This document shows positions 29,128-40,965 of a stretch of 64,000 bases of DNA, one piece after another. A model generated the notes under the pieces. That model was given only the letters and a program-made list of their open reading frames with translations. It was not told the DNA's origin and did no database searches. The first letter of the stretch is position 1; every line of letters starts with the position of its first letter. Position numbers and translations under genes: made by a program. The DNA comes from an uncultured cyanobacterium (GTDB taxonomy: Bacteria; Cyanobacteriota; Cyanobacteriia; Cyanobacteriales; CAWCAG01), in the NCBI GenBank assembly GCA_963803805.1, contig CAWDOD010000004.1, forward strand, positions 224,001 to 288,000. The letters run 5' to 3'.

Positions 29128-31125
29128 CTAATCCTGAAAACGAGCTGTCATACAATAGGGGCAATCCATCCAATCCTGTTGTAGTTCTGCTCCACAAGAA
29201 CGGCAGGTTAAAGAAGTTTTACGTTTAGCTTTCAACTCAGCTTCTAAACCTGAGTCTGTGAAAGTTACCCTTTCTACTTCTTCTAAGGTTGTATGACCTC
29301 CTCTAACTAAATCTAGACTATAGGACAGCAGCGTTTTCATGCCATCTTCTACCGCAGCTTCTTTGATGCGTTCTGTGGGCGCTCCTTCATTAATCAGAGT
29401 TTGTAGTCTTTCACTAACCCGCATCACTTCATATACGCCAACTCTACCCTTGTAACCGATACCATTACATTTTTTACAAAGAGTTCCTCCTGATCTAGCT
29501 GCAGCAAGTTCTTCCGGGAGCAGACTGTTGGCTTTGTAAAAGGTTATCTCTCCATCACTGGAGGCGGATAAACCAAATCTAGCTAATTCTTCAGTAGTAG
29601 GGTGATGCTCTAAACAGCACTCATCACAAACTTTTCGCATTAAGCGTTGCGCTAGTACACCAAGAAGGGCCCCAGATACCATAAATGGTTCTACACCCAT
29701 CTCATCCAAGCGAGCGATCGCCCCAGCAGCGTCGTTGGTATGGAGGGTTGTTAGTACTAGGTGTCCGGTTAAGGCTGCTTCAATAGCTGTTTTAGCCGTT
29801 TCTATATCACGAGTTTCTCCTACGAGGATGACATCAGGATCTTGACGCATAAAAGCCCGTAGAATTGAGGCAAAATCCATGCCTTTTTCCCGGATTACCT
29901 GGACTTGGGTAATACCAGCTAAGGAATATTCAATGGGATCTTCTGCGGTACTAATATTAACCCCAGGACTATTTCTTTCTGCTAAAACCGAGTACAAACT
30001 CGTCGATTTACCTGAACCTGTCGGTCCCGTAACCAGGATTAGTCCAAAGGGACGACTCGCCATCTCCCGGACAATTTCCAAGGTATCTGGATCAGTAATT
30101 AAAAAATCTAACCCTAGTTGGGTAGCGGTATTATCCAGAATCCGCAGAACGATTTTTTCTCCATAGCGGCTAGGTAAAGTACTAACCCGGAAATCAACTT
30201 TACGTCCTTGGAAAACTCGTCTAATTTTGCCATCTTGAGGTAATCTGCGCTCAGCAATATCCAATTCCGCCATAATTTTAAAACGAGCCGATACTGCTGC
30301 GGTAACTTTTTTAGGGATGGGTGGCTGATTAAATACTTCTCTTAATACACCGTCTTTACGGAAACGCACTCTTAGGCGTTCTTCTTGAGGTTCTATATGG
30401 ATATCAGAAACTCCATCTTGTAAGCCCTTAGCCAGTATTTTGTTAACTAAGTTGATTACAGGAGCGCCTTGAGCATCTCCCACTGCATCAAGGTCATCAT
30501 CTACTTCATCAGGAGCATCTTCTAAGCTACCTAGATTTTCTAGGTCTTCAGCCACATCAACCCTAGAGGCTTCTTCTTGTTGCTTAGCTTGAGCCACTTG
30601 CTCATCTAAATAGCCTTCTATGAGCTTTTGATAGTCCTCTTTAGTAATGACCATTCTTTGCAAGGCTACTTTTTGAGGCCGCAGAATGCGATTAAGATCG
30701 TCTTGAGCGCCAAGATCATCAGGATCTACCATGGCAACTAAAACAGAAGGTGGTGTTTCTGTTTTAGAGATGGGAACCAGATTATGACGGCGACACAGAT
30801 CAACCGGAATCAAGGTATCAATAAGTTCCCCCATCTGATTATTGGCAATGGGATCAATCTCTGGGTCTACTGAATCAACACCGTAGAGTATTTTTAATTC
30901 AAATAGCTGCTGTTTCTTAAACTGGCGTAGTAATTCAGGAGAGAGTTGCTGACCAGTAAGCGACTCTAATACTTCTGTTAATGGACGACCAGTCTTACGG
31001 GTTTCTGCCAGAGCTTGGTGCATCTGTTTGTCATCTACGTAACCCGACTGGATCAGTTTCCTACCAAATGGAGATACATCGTCTTTGAGGGCGAGAGCGC
31101 GGGAGCGCCGTGATGATGAAGTCAT
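29128..31125 (-). CDS. pilB: Type IV pilus assembly ATPase with C-terminal Cys4 extension
   Basis: SDIHIEP, GPTGSGKS, RQDPD, tetracysteine motif, terminal CRSC...CPYC. Confidence 0.95.
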   Translation of the reverse strand: MTSSSRRSRALALKDDVSPFGRKLIQSGYVDDKQMHQALAETRKTGRPLTEVLESLTGQQLSPELLRQFKKQQLFELKILYGVDSVDPEIDPIANNQMGELIDTLIPVDLCRRHNLVPISKTETPPSVLVAMVDPDDLGAQDDLNRILRPQKVALQRMVITKEDYQKLIEGYLDEQVAQAKQQEEASRVDVAEDLENLGSLEDAPDEVDDDLDAVGDAQGAPVINLVNKILAKGLQDGVSDIHIEPQEERLRVRFRKDGVLREVFNQPPIPKKVTAAVSARFKIMAELDIAERRLPQDGKIRRVFQGRKVDFRVSTLPSRYGEKIVLRILDNTATQLGLDFLITDPDTLEIVREMASRPFGLILVTGPTGSGKSTSLYSVLAERNSPGVNISTAEDPIEYSLAGITQVQVIREKGMDFASILRAFMRQDPDVILVGETRDIETAKTAIEAALTGHLVLTTLHTNDAAGAIARLDEMGVEPFMVSGALLGVLAQRLMRKVCDECCLEHHPTTEELARFGLSASSDGEITFYKANSLLPEELAAARSGGTLCKKCNGIGYKGRVGVYEVMRVSERLQTLINEGAPTERIKEAAVEDGMKTLLSYSLDLVRGGHTTLEEVERVTFTDSGLEAELKAKRKTSLTCRSCGAELQQDWMDCPYCMTARFQD

Positions 31126-31565
31126 GGTTGGTGAAAATAGCTCCTTATATTACACATTTTTCACTCTTTGCCTTGGCTAAAATTATTCTTTAATTTTGCT
31201 CAAATGTTGGTAAATTAATGGAATTCTGATTAGACTTAGGGTGAATATTCTTCGCCAAAGCTTTATTAGTGGGTAAGATATCCACGATGATAGCTTTTTT
31301 CTTTAGTGAGATTGACCTAGCTTGAGCAAGATATTTACTTTTGCCCAAGAAAAATCTTGTTTGCTTGGGGTATAGCTCTTGGCAATATCATCGTCTTTGT
31401 CTATAAATGTTACATTAAGTTAAAGACAGATAAGTTATTGAGAATACAGGCCAATATGTATCTTAAGAGTCCCAAGGGAGCCAATCTAGAGACATACTAG
31501 CTAAATATTATCTCCCCTCCCAAAAACTATAAAGTGTACTTTTGTGATTTTAGATAAAATACATC

Positions 31566-32339
31566 ATGATTGATGAGCAAAAGCCCTCAGAAAAAACTTT
31601 GGAGCATCCCGAGGAAAGTTCAGGAATGTCTGAGCAAAAAGAACCAGAAAACTCTCCCGAAATGACTGAAAATCTAGCGGAGGAAATGACTTTAGACTCT
31701 TTTGATACCGAGAAAGCTGACTCTTCTGAGCCAGATATAAGCTACTCTCCCTCTGAATCTGGTGAGGCAGAAGTGGTTATTCAAGCTCTACAGCAAGAAA
31801 TTTCTGCTTTAAATGAGCGACTGGTCAAACAATCTGAGCAGGGAGACTCTTTCAAAGAAAAATATATGCGCCTCGCTGCTGATTTCGAAAACTGGCGCAA
31901 GCGGGTGCAAAAAGAAAAAGAAGATTTAGAGCAGCAGGTCAAGAGAAATACTATTACCGAATTATTATCTGTAGTAGATAACTTTGAGCGAGCGCGTTCT
32001 CAAATCAAGCCTGCTGATGAGGGTGAGATGGCCATTCATAAAAGCTATCAAGGAGTATACAAACAACTAGTAGATGGGTTGAAACGCATAGGAGTTTCAG
32101 CTATGCGTCCTGAAGGGCAAGAATTTGACCCTAACCTCCATGAAGCTGTCTTTAGGGAACCAAGCAGTGAATATGCTGAAGGTATAGTCATAGATCAGTT
32201 GGTAAGGGGTTATATGTTAGGGGACAAGGTACTGCGCCACGCGATGGTAAAAGTTGCCGCTGAGCAAGAGCAAACCGGAAGCGCAGAGAATTCTCAACCA
32301 GGAGATGCTCAAGAGCAAGGAAATAATCTAGAGTCGTAG
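31566..32339 (+). CDS. grpE: Nucleotide exchange factor GrpE
   Basis: ADFENWRKR, VVDNFERA, FDPNLHEAV, GYMLGDKVLRHAMVKV. Confidence 0.96.
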   Translation: MIDEQKPSEKTLEHPEESSGMSEQKEPENSPEMTENLAEEMTLDSFDTEKADSSEPDISYSPSESGEAEVVIQALQQEISALNERLVKQSEQGDSFKEKYMRLAADFENWRKRVQKEKEDLEQQVKRNTITELLSVVDNFERARSQIKPADEGEMAIHKSYQGVYKQLVDGLKRIGVSAMRPEGQEFDPNLHEAVFREPSSEYAEGIVIDQLVRGYMLGDKVLRHAMVKVAAEQEQTGSAENSQPGDAQEQGNNLES

Positions 32340-32538
32340 GTTAAATTGTTTTTAATAGGCTGCATCAACCGATTGAGGTGTCAGTCTCTCAAGATAGAGA
32401 TAAGCCAAAATTACTTTCAAACAACTGGGTTAGTAACTTTTGGGCTATATCTAGGCTAATTCTCAACAGAAGGAAGTTGTCTATTGCAACTTACCTGCAT
32501 CACAACACTTCTCGCACACCTTATATCGCCGAAGTTCT

Positions 32539-34521
32539 ATGGGAAAGGTTATTGGTATTGACTTAGGGACAACTAATAGTTGTGTCGCTGTTTTAGAAGG
32601 TGGAAAACCGATCGTCATTTCTAACAATGAAGGTGGACGTACCACTCCGAGTATAGTGGGGTTTGGTAAAGTAGGAGATCGTCTGGTCGGTCAACTTGCT
32701 AAGCGCCAGGCTGTTACTAACGCCGAAAACACTGTTTACAGTATTAAACGTTTCATTGGCCGTCGCTGGGACGATACTGAGGAAGAACGTTCTCGTGTTC
32801 CCTATCAATGTGTCAAGGGTCGCGATAATACAGTAGATGTAAAAATCAGAGATAAAAACTATACCCCTCAAGAAGTATCAGCAATGATTTTGCAAAAGCT
32901 CAAAGCTGATGCAGAAACTTTTTTAGGAGAACCGGTTACCCAAGCTGTAATTACAGTCCCAGCATATTTTACTGACGCTCAACGCCAAGCTACCAAAGAT
33001 GCTGGGACTATTGCTGGTTTGGAGGTGATGCGGATTATTAATGAGCCGACATCCGCCTCTTTAGCCTATGGTTTGGATAAGCAAGATGAAGAGCAGCATA
33101 TCCTCGTCTTTGACTTAGGAGGAGGAACCTTTGACGTTTCTGTCTTGCAACTTGGGGATGGTGTATTTGAAGTTAAAGCAACCTCTGGTAATAATCATTT
33201 GGGGGGTGATGACTTTGATAATGTAATTGTTAGGTGGATGAGTGACAATTTCCAGAAAAGCGAAGGTATTGATCTCACCCAGGATAAGATGGCTATACAG
33301 CGTCTACGGGAAGCGGCAGAAAAGGCTAAGGTTGAGCTTTCTAGCATGGCAACCACCTCAATTAACTTACCCTTTATAACTGCTGATGAAACCGGACCTA
33401 AGCACTTAGAAACCGAACTTACTAAAGCTCAGTTTGAAGAATTGGCTAGTGAACTTATTCAAGGTACAACCATTCCTGTTAAACAGGCTCTCAAAGATTG
33501 TGAATTGAGTCCTGATAAAATTGACCGGATTATTATGGTTGGTGGTTCCACCCGCATTCCTGCTGTGGGTCAGGCGATTAAAAGCTTCTTCGGCGGTAAA
33601 GAGCCAGATCGCTCGGTGAATCCTGATGAAGCAGTAGCCCTTGGAGCAGCCATTCAAGGAGGAGTGTTAGGGGGAGAAGTTGAAGACTTATTACTACTAG
33701 ATGTTACGCCCCTATCTTTAGGTATTGAAACATTAGGAGAAGTCTTTACAAAAATTATTGAGCGCAATACCACAATTCCTACTAGTAAATCTCAAGTCTT
33801 TTCTACGGCTACTGATGGTCAAACTTCCGTAGAAATTCACGTTCTCCAAGGGGAGCGGGCTATGGCGAAAGATAATAAGAGCCTGGGGAAATTTCTACTT
33901 ACAGGTATTCCCCCAGCCCCAAGAGGAGTACCGCAAATTGAAGTTAGCTTTGAAATTGATGTTAACGGTATCCTTAAAGTTAACGCTCAAGATAAGGGTA
34001 CTGGGCGAGTACAAAGTATCCGCATCACCAATACTGGTGGCTTAAGTACCTCAGAAGTGGAGCGGATGCGCCATGAAGCAGAGCAGTTTGCGGAGCAAGA
34101 TAGTCGCCGCATGGAGATTGTCGAACTGAGAAACCAAGCTGATAGTCTTTTCTACAGCTATGAGTCTACGTTAAAAGATAATGCTGATTTAATTCGCGAA
34201 GATCTGAAGACAACAGTTCAACAGAAACGAGAGGAATTAGAAGCAGCCCTTGATGACATTTCTATTAGCGTAGAAGAAGTTAAAAACAAGTTAGAAGACT
34301 TCCGCCAGACTATGTTAGCTGTGGGTACAGACGTGTACAATCAAGCTAACCGAGGAGTAGATCAAGAGTTTGAGGCAGTAGAAGATGACGAAGAATTTAC
34401 TGTAGCAGATGATGAACAACCTACTGTAGCAACGCAAGAAACTGAAGAATCTGAAGATCCCTTCGAGTTTAACTTTGATGAAGACGAGACAGTTACTGCT
34501 GACTATGAACAAGTAGAATAG
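32539..34521 (+). CDS. dnaK: Chaperone DnaK with acidic C-terminal tail
   Basis: [35 protein letters not shown]. Confidence 0.97.
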   Translation: MGKVIGIDLGTTNSCVAVLEGGKPIVISNNEGGRTTPSIVGFGKVGDRLVGQLAKRQAVTNAENTVYSIKRFIGRRWDDTEEERSRVPYQCVKGRDNTVDVKIRDKNYTPQEVSAMILQKLKADAETFLGEPVTQAVITVPAYFTDAQRQATKDAGTIAGLEVMRIINEPTSASLAYGLDKQDEEQHILVFDLGGGTFDVSVLQLGDGVFEVKATSGNNHLGGDDFDNVIVRWMSDNFQKSEGIDLTQDKMAIQRLREAAEKAKVELSSMATTSINLPFITADETGPKHLETELTKAQFEELASELIQGTTIPVKQALKDCELSPDKIDRIIMVGGSTRIPAVGQAIKSFFGGKEPDRSVNPDEAVALGAAIQGGVLGGEVEDLLLLDVTPLSLGIETLGEVFTKIIERNTTIPTSKSQVFSTATDGQTSVEIHVLQGERAMAKDNKSLGKFLLTGIPPAPRGVPQIEVSFEIDVNGILKVNAQDKGTGRVQSIRITNTGGLSTSEVERMRHEAEQFAEQDSRRMEIVELRNQADSLFYSYESTLKDNADLIREDLKTTVQQKREELEAALDDISISVEEVKNKLEDFRQTMLAVGTDVYNQANRGVDQEFEAVEDDEEFTVADDEQPTVATQETEESEDPFEFNFDEDETVTADYEQVE

Positions 34522-34620
34522 AGTTTTTTATTAATCAGAGCTACTATTTTCTGTTGTTTCTACATTTGATTAAAATAAATCTAAAACCAACCACTTACCA
34601 CTAACACAATTCAGCACCTT

Positions 34621-35748
34621 ATGGCCCTCGACTACTACGAAATTCTTGGTGTCTCCCGCGATGCCAGCACTGATGACCTTAAACGTGCTTACCGTCGCCT
34701 TGCTCGGAAATACCATCCAGATGTTAACAAAGAACCAGGGGCTGAAGAGCGCATTAAAGAAATTAACCGCGCTTATGAAGTTCTCTCTGAACCAGAAACC
34801 CGTGCCAGGTACGACCGCTTTGGAGAAGCTGGAGTTGGAGGTGCTGGTGCTGGTTTTGGTGATTTTCAAGATATTTCTGGGTTAAGCGATATCTTTGAGA
34901 GTTTCTTCAGTGGTTTTGGGGGTATGGGTACAGGAACATCCCCTCGGCGACAAAGAGGCCCTTCTAGGGGAGATGACCTGCGGTTAGATTTAAAATTGGA
35001 GTTTCGCGAAGCTATTTTTGGGGGAGAAAAGGAAATTCGTATTCCTCATCTAGAAGTTTGTCAAGTTTGTAATGGTAACGGAGCGAAACCGGGAACTCAA
35101 CGTCGCACTTGTTCTACCTGTAGCGGCACAGGGCAAGTCCGCCGTGCTACTCGTACTCCCTTTGGTAGTTTTGCTCAAGTGAGTACTTGTCCTACCTGTA
35201 ATGGTGAAGGGGAAGTTATTGAGGAAAAATGTGAGGCTTGTGGTGGTGCTGGGCGTAAGCAGGAAAGCAAGAAGCTAAAAATTACCATCCCGCCAGGGGT
35301 GGATAATGGTACTCGCTTACGAGTATCCCGTGAAGGAGATGCTGGTACGAGGGGAGGTACACCAGGGGATTTGTATGTTTATCTTTTTGTCAATGAAGAT
35401 AAAGAATTTGAACGGGAAGGAAATAATATTCTTTCTGAAGCGACAATTAGTTATATTCAAGCTATCTTAGGTTGTCGCTTGCCTGTTAATACGGTAGATG
35501 GAGAATCGGAATTAACAATTCCTCCTGGCACTCAACCTGATACAGTATTAACTCTAGAAAATCAGGGTGTACCCAGGTTGGGGAACCCTGTTAGCAGGGG
35601 AGATCATTTAATTACTGTGAAAGTGGCTATTCCTACTCGTGTGGGAACTGAGGAACGGGAATTATTAGAAAAGTTGGCACAACTCAAAGGAGATAGTGTT
35701 GGTAAAGGGGGGTTAGAGGGCTTATTAGGGAAGATGTTTGGCGGATGA
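34621..35748 (+). CDS. dnaJ: Chaperone DnaJ (class A)
   Basis: HPD J-domain, G/F region, four CxxCxGxG repeats. Confidence 0.97.
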   Translation: MALDYYEILGVSRDASTDDLKRAYRRLARKYHPDVNKEPGAEERIKEINRAYEVLSEPETRARYDRFGEAGVGGAGAGFGDFQDISGLSDIFESFFSGFGGMGTGTSPRRQRGPSRGDDLRLDLKLEFREAIFGGEKEIRIPHLEVCQVCNGNGAKPGTQRRTCSTCSGTGQVRRATRTPFGSFAQVSTCPTCNGEGEVIEEKCEACGGAGRKQESKKLKITIPPGVDNGTRLRVSREGDAGTRGGTPGDLYVYLFVNEDKEFEREGNNILSEATISYIQAILGCRLPVNTVDGESELTIPPGTQPDTVLTLENQGVPRLGNPVSRGDHLITVKVAIPTRVGTEERELLEKLAQLKGDSVGKGGLEGLLGKMFGG

Positions 35749-36011
35749 GTAATGTAATGACGACGGGTAAAGAGCAATTACCAGAAGCCCAGCTAGATTT
35801 AAGAGGAACTCCTTGTCCGATTAATTTTGTTCGCACTAAATTACGCTTAGAACAAATGAGTCCCGGTTCTTTGTTAGAAGTTTGGTTAGATCCGGGGGAA
35901 CCAATCGAACAAGTACCAGATAGTTTGGTAATGGAAGGTTATCAATTAGAGGGAATTGAAGATCGTCAGGATTTTTTTGCTCTTAAAGTACGTCGTCCTT
36001 TAACTTCGTGA
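35745..36011 (+). CDS. Sulfurtransferase TusA/SirA family protein
   Basis: LDLRGTPCP motif. Confidence 0.88.
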   Translation: MSNVMTTGKEQLPEAQLDLRGTPCPINFVRTKLRLEQMSPGSLLEVWLDPGEPIEQVPDSLVMEGYQLEGIEDRQDFFALKVRRPLTS

Positions 36012-37060
36012 AAGATGCTGTTGCTGCTGAAGAACTTTTAGGAACAGTTACTACTGTTCAAGCTAATTTTTATCAAGTTCAGTTAGATAATCTTGTTCCT
36101 TTGCTTTGTACCCGTAGGAGCCGCCTGAAAAAGATCGGTCAGAAGGTAATGGTAGGTGATCGCGTGGTAGTAGCGGAACCAGATTACACCGATGGTAGGG
36201 GAGTTATTGCAGAAGTTTTACCACGGCAATCAGTTTTAGAACGCCCTCCTGTAGCGAATGCAGAGCAAATTGTTTTAGTTTTTGCCGTAGAGGAACCAAC
36301 TTTAGATCCTTGGCAATTGAGTCGTTTTTTGGTTAAGGCAGAATCAACTCAGTTATTTCCTCTTTTGTGTTTAAATAAAACTGATTTAATACCTACCCAG
36401 CAAAAGGAAGACTGGTATGGTTGCTTTCAGGGGTGGGGTTATGAAGCAATATTTATTAGCGTGGTTGATGAGCGAGGTTTAGAGGGCTTAACTCAACGGC
36501 TACGGAGGAAAATAAGTATTTTAGCCGGACCTTCTGGGGTCGGTAAATCTAGCTTGGTTAATTCCCTGATTCCTGAGCTGGAAGTGCGGGTAGGGGCAGT
36601 TTCTGGTAAGCTGAGTCGAGGCAGGCATACCACACGCCATGTAGAGCTTTTTGAATTACCTGGGGGGGGATTTCTGGCCGATACGCCCGGTTTTAATCAG
36701 CCCAACTTAAGCTGTGATCCTGCTGATTTAGCTTCCTACTTTCCAGAAGCTCGGCAGCGACTTACTCAGGGGAATTGTCAGTTTAGTAATTGCTTACACC
36801 GAGATGAGCCTAATTGTGCGGTTAGAGGAGATTGGCAACGGTACGAGCATTATCTCAAATTTTTAGAAGAGGTGATCGCCCGTCAAGAAGCTTTGCAACA
36901 GAGGCCAGATGAGGAAGCAAGTTTAAAGTTGAAGATTAAGGGTTCTGGTAAGCGAGAGTATGAGCCAAAGTTAGAAAGTAAGAAGTATCGCCGTAGTTCC
37001 CGTCGTCAGCGACATCAAACTCTCCAAGAACTCTATGAGGAAGCGGAAGAGTCTTTTTGA
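36008..37060 (+). CDS. rsgA: Small ribosomal subunit biogenesis GTPase
   Basis: Circularly permuted NKTD, GPSGVGKSS, GRHTT, DTPG; CQFSNCLHRDEPNC Zn motif. Confidence 0.95.
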   Translation: MKDAVAAEELLGTVTTVQANFYQVQLDNLVPLLCTRRSRLKKIGQKVMVGDRVVVAEPDYTDGRGVIAEVLPRQSVLERPPVANAEQIVLVFAVEEPTLDPWQLSRFLVKAESTQLFPLLCLNKTDLIPTQQKEDWYGCFQGWGYEAIFISVVDERGLEGLTQRLRRKISILAGPSGVGKSSLVNSLIPELEVRVGAVSGKLSRGRHTTRHVELFELPGGGFLADTPGFNQPNLSCDPADLASYFPEARQRLTQGNCQFSNCLHRDEPNCAVRGDWQRYEHYLKFLEEVIARQEALQQRPDEEASLKLKIKGSGKREYEPKLESKKYRRSSRRQRHQTLQELYEEAEESF

Positions 37061-37412
37061 GTAACGAGTACTTTCAACCAGTTTCTCATGGTTTTAGTGG
37101 GTGGCACTTTAGAATACCTGGATTCAATACCATTAAAATCAGGTTTTGTCAATAGATGATTAAATTCAGTCTCAGTAATAAGTGATTGTAAGAATCTTGT
37201 AGTATTGCAGGCTTTCTTCTATTAAGCTTTTTAATTTAAGGAAAAGCCCTATTCCGCCGTGGCTACGCTCAATTAAAGCTTGTTTTGGGCAAGAAAAAAC
37301 CAAGCTTATCATAGTTTATAAATCTTGATTAATTCTATTACAAAATCAACCACTTTCAAAACCTTGTTGGCTCGTTCTCAACATAACTTTATAAAGATCC
37401 TCAAAAGTTGCT

Positions 37413-37435
37413 TAGGTTTAAATGATTTAAACCTA
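37413..37435. promoter_or_regulatory. Perfect 23-bp palindrome in the rsgA-crcB intergenic region
   Basis: taggtttaaat-g-atttaaaccta. Confidence 0.5.
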
Positions 37436-37701
37436 GAGTGTAAGAAAGGTAAGTTTTGCTTATCGATGTTAACTTACGCAAAACTTTTGCTTTTTTCCTT
37501 CTTGACATGATATTCTGTATATGGTGAAAAAGGTGCGTTCCTAAAAACCATTTTCCAAACTATTTTTGGCTTGATGATCTAGTTGGTTGGGTCGTTTAAT
37601 TCGAGCTTACTCGTAATACAAGCTAGTTTCATTTCCTGGTTCTATATCTCGCTCAGCAATTCTATGATAGTTTTGAGACGAATTTAAACTATTGATAAGA
37701 A

Positions 37702-38100
37702 GTGTTACCAGAGCAATTTACTATTCGCCACCCCATAGCCATTAGTTTAGGTGCGATCGCTGGTTCTTTGAGTCGTTATTATTTAGGTATTTGGTTAGGG
37801 CAACTTTTGGGTACAAACTTTCCCTATGGTACTCTAGCCATTAACCTTACTGGCTGTTTAGGTATGGGTTTCTTTATCACCCTAGCTTCGGAAAAATTTG
37901 CGACTATTTCTCCAGAATTAGGGTTATTAGTTGCGGTAGGATTTTTGGGTTCTTATACAACTTTTTCTACTTACGAATTAGACACAGTTAATTTACTGCG
38001 GAACAGTACTGTACAAATAGCAATCTTATATTGGTTGGGAAGTGCAATACTAGGATTAGTTAGCATTCAGCTAGGAAGCATTTTAGCTAAAATTATTTAA
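37702..38100 (+). CDS. crcB: Fluoride efflux channel Fluc
   Basis: [34 protein letters not shown]. Confidence 0.93.
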   Translation: MLPEQFTIRHPIAISLGAIAGSLSRYYLGIWLGQLLGTNFPYGTLAINLTGCLGMGFFITLASEKFATISPELGLLVAVGFLGSYTTFSTYELDTVNLLRNSTVQIAILYWLGSAILGLVSIQLGSILAKII

Positions 38101-38112
38101 GACTTATAACTA

Positions 38113-40797
38113 ATGAAAGTACGGCAGAGAAATATTGTAGCTGCTTTATTGGTAGGAATAATTTCTTTATTGATTCTTACTATATCAACGAGGTTACTGA
38201 CACAATTGTGGTGGTTTGATGCTGTTGGCTACGGACAAGTTTTTTGGACAAGGATAACTTGGCAAGTTCTGATTTGGGTTACTACTGCGGTTATTTACTT
38301 TGCCTTTTTATGGGGAAACTATTGGTTAGCGCAATCTCTTACCCATGAACGCTCTTTTAGTTTCTTTACGGGCAGTTATTTGGAAATTTATAACAAATCC
38401 CTAGTTAATTATCTAGCTTTAGTCATTATTTCTGTTGCAGCTTGGGCCGCAGCGGCTGAGGCTATTCCGGCATGGGAAACCATTCTAAAATACACCCATA
38501 GTACCCCATTTCAATTAGCCGACCCTATTTATGAAAAAGACCTTAGTTTTTACCTTTTCCAGTTACCCCTTTATCAAAGTATTCTTAGTTGGCTATCAAC
38601 TCTTTTAATTGCGGCTTTTGTTCTATCTTTACTTATTTACATTTTCAAAGAAGCTATCTCTTTCCAAAGTCAATGGCGACAAATTCTCACCGGGAAGGTT
38701 AAAATTCACCTCAGCTTTCTTTTAGGTGGAATTGCTTTCTTAAATGCTTTAGGATTTTGGTTACAACGCTACGACTTACTTTATTCCCCAGAAGGAGTAG
38801 TCTTTGGTGCTGGTTATACCGATGTTCACGCTAAACTCTTTGCCTATTGGGTAATGAGTTTCGTTACCCTTGCTTTAGGAATTATGTTCTTTGTAGCCGC
38901 TTCTCGCCCTAATTTAGCTCTACCAATCTATGGCCTTGGTTTATACTTAGCTATTTTCATTTTTATTAATGGCTTTTATCCTTTATGGCAACAAAGATTT
39001 GTCGTTGAGCCTAATGAATTAGAAAAAGAAAAACCTTACATTGAAAATAATATTCAATTTACTCGTAACGCTTACAACTTGCAAGAAGTACAAAGAAAAG
39101 ATTATCCTGCTGAAGCGAAATTAAACCGCCAAATATTGCAGGAAAATGAATCTACTGTCCGCAATATTCGTCTTTGGGATTATCGCCCTCTTTTAAGAAC
39201 CTACCGCCAATTACAAGAAATTCGTCTCTACTATAAATTTAGCGATGTCGATATTGATCGCTATACTTTTGATGGTAATTATAGGCAAGTAATGCTCTCT
39301 CCCAGGGAACTTTCCTATGCCCAAGTTTCTGATCGCGCTCGTACTTGGGTTAATAAAAGATTAAAATATACCCACGGCTACGGCTTAGCCATGAGTCCTG
39401 TTAATACTGTTGCCCCGGATGGTTTACCAGAACTATTTATTAAGGATATTCCTCCTGTATCAGCAGTAGATTTAACCATTACTCAACCGAGAATTTATTA
39501 CGGCGAGGAAACTAATACTTATATTTTTACTGGTACTAGTACTAAAGAATTTGACTATCCTGTAGGGGAAGAAAACGCCTTCAATAACTACGATGGCAAA
39601 GGAGGAGTTTCTATCTCTTCTTTCTGGCGTAGGTTAGTTTATGCCTATAACCAACGTAGCATTAAAATTTTACTTTCCAATTACTTTACTAATAATTCTC
39701 GCATCCACTACCACCGAAGTATTAAAGATAGAGTAAAACAAATAGCTCCTTTTTTACGCTTTGATGATGATCCTTACATAGCTGTCATTGAAGGTAAATT
39801 AACTTGGCTTATTGATGCCTATACTACTAGCGATCGCTACCCCTATTCCGAACCATTAAAAAGCAATCAAGGGACTGAAATTAATTATATTCGTAACTCT
39901 GTCAAAGTTATCATTGATGCCTATGACGGCACAATGACATTTTTTATAGTAGATGAAAAAGATCCGGTATTAGCAACTTATCGGAAGATTTTTCCAGATT
40001 TATTTACCTCCCAAGCCAGGATTTCTCCGGAAATAAAAGCTCATTTTCGCTATCCCTCGGATTTGTTTAAAATCCAAGCACAAATGTATCTTGCTTACCA
40101 CATGAGTAATCCTCAAGTTTTTTATAACCGCGAGGATCTTTGGCGTTTTTCTACCACAGTATATGAAGGCAAGCAAGAAACAATGGAACCCTATTATTTG
40201 ATTATGCGTTTGCCAGGGGAACTTCAAGAAGAATTTGTACTTATCTCCCCCTTTACCCCCGTTAATAAAGATAATATGATTGCCTGGATGACAGCCCGTT
40301 CTGATGGGGAAAATTATGGTAAATTATTACTTTATAAATTTCCTAAACAAGAGCTAGTTTATGGTCCTTCGCAAATTGTTGCTAGGGTAGATCAAACTCC
40401 AGAAATTTCCGAACAATTAACTCTTTGGAGTCAAGAAGGTTCCCGGGTTATTCGTGGGGATTTGTTAGTTATTCCCATCGAAGAATCTTTACTCTATATA
40501 GAACCAGTTTACCTGCGGGCAGAACAAGGAGAACTTCCAGAACTGAAGCGGGTTATTTTAGCCTACGATAAGGATATTGTCATGGAAGAAAGTTTAGAAC
40601 AGTCTTTTGCTGCTATTTTCGGGGAGCAAGAAAGAACAACCACCGCTAATCAAACTACCTCTAATTTAGCTGACTCTGCTTTAGCAACTCTGCAAAAAGC
40701 GAAAGAAGCTTTGCGCTTAGGTGATTGGTCTGATTATGGACGTTATCAGCAGGAATTAGAGAGTTTGTTACAACAGTTAAGTAGAAGGGAAAATTAA
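38113..40797 (+). CDS. UPF0182 family membrane protein
   Basis: WWF..GY, GAGYTD, NIRLWD, DVDIDRY, YTHGYG, PRIYYGE, NYIRNSVK, GDLLVIP. Confidence 0.92.
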   Translation: MKVRQRNIVAALLVGIISLLILTISTRLLTQLWWFDAVGYGQVFWTRITWQVLIWVTTAVIYFAFLWGNYWLAQSLTHERSFSFFTGSYLEIYNKSLVNYLALVIISVAAWAAAAEAIPAWETILKYTHSTPFQLADPIYEKDLSFYLFQLPLYQSILSWLSTLLIAAFVLSLLIYIFKEAISFQSQWRQILTGKVKIHLSFLLGGIAFLNALGFWLQRYDLLYSPEGVVFGAGYTDVHAKLFAYWVMSFVTLALGIMFFVAASRPNLALPIYGLGLYLAIFIFINGFYPLWQQRFVVEPNELEKEKPYIENNIQFTRNAYNLQEVQRKDYPAEAKLNRQILQENESTVRNIRLWDYRPLLRTYRQLQEIRLYYKFSDVDIDRYTFDGNYRQVMLSPRELSYAQVSDRARTWVNKRLKYTHGYGLAMSPVNTVAPDGLPELFIKDIPPVSAVDLTITQPRIYYGEETNTYIFTGTSTKEFDYPVGEENAFNNYDGKGGVSISSFWRRLVYAYNQRSIKILLSNYFTNNSRIHYHRSIKDRVKQIAPFLRFDDDPYIAVIEGKLTWLIDAYTTSDRYPYSEPLKSNQGTEINYIRNSVKVIIDAYDGTMTFFIVDEKDPVLATYRKIFPDLFTSQARISPEIKAHFRYPSDLFKIQAQMYLAYHMSNPQVFYNREDLWRFSTTVYEGKQETMEPYYLIMRLPGELQEEFVLISPFTPVNKDNMIAWMTARSDGENYGKLLLYKFPKQELVYGPSQIVARVDQTPEISEQLTLWSQEGSRVIRGDLLVIPIEESLLYIEPVYLRAEQGELPELKRVILAYDKDIVMEESLEQSFAAIFGEQERTTTANQTTSNLADSALATLQKAKEALRLGDWSDYGRYQQELESLLQQLSRREN

Positions 40798-40965
40798 CGA
40801 TATGTATGGCAATTCTATTTGAGATGTGAATAAAATTTTTGGGAACACCAGAACAGGGAACTATTTAGCAATTAGCTATTAGCTGTAGCAAAGGTGTAGA
40901 AGGAACTGCTATGTTTAGGCTAAAATTCTTAGTATATCAAGGGAACTATTCTAAAGGAAGAAGCT

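Noticed and set aside
26527..35748. pilB-pilT-pilC divergent from grpE-dnaK-dnaJ; PilB C-terminal Cys4; acidic DnaK tail
   Set aside because: Well-known conserved cyanobacterial synteny and features
37505..37585. Possible fluoride riboswitch upstream of crcB
   Set aside because: Fragments (aaaaacc, ttgatga) resemble it, but the GATGG..TTC core and pseudoknot complementarity are missing; not supportable without an Infernal scan
40805..40830. Possible MITE ends (tatggcaattctatttgagatgtgaa; similar atagcaatcc at 59552)
   Set aside because: Resemblance is from memory only, and no matching inverted partner end is visible
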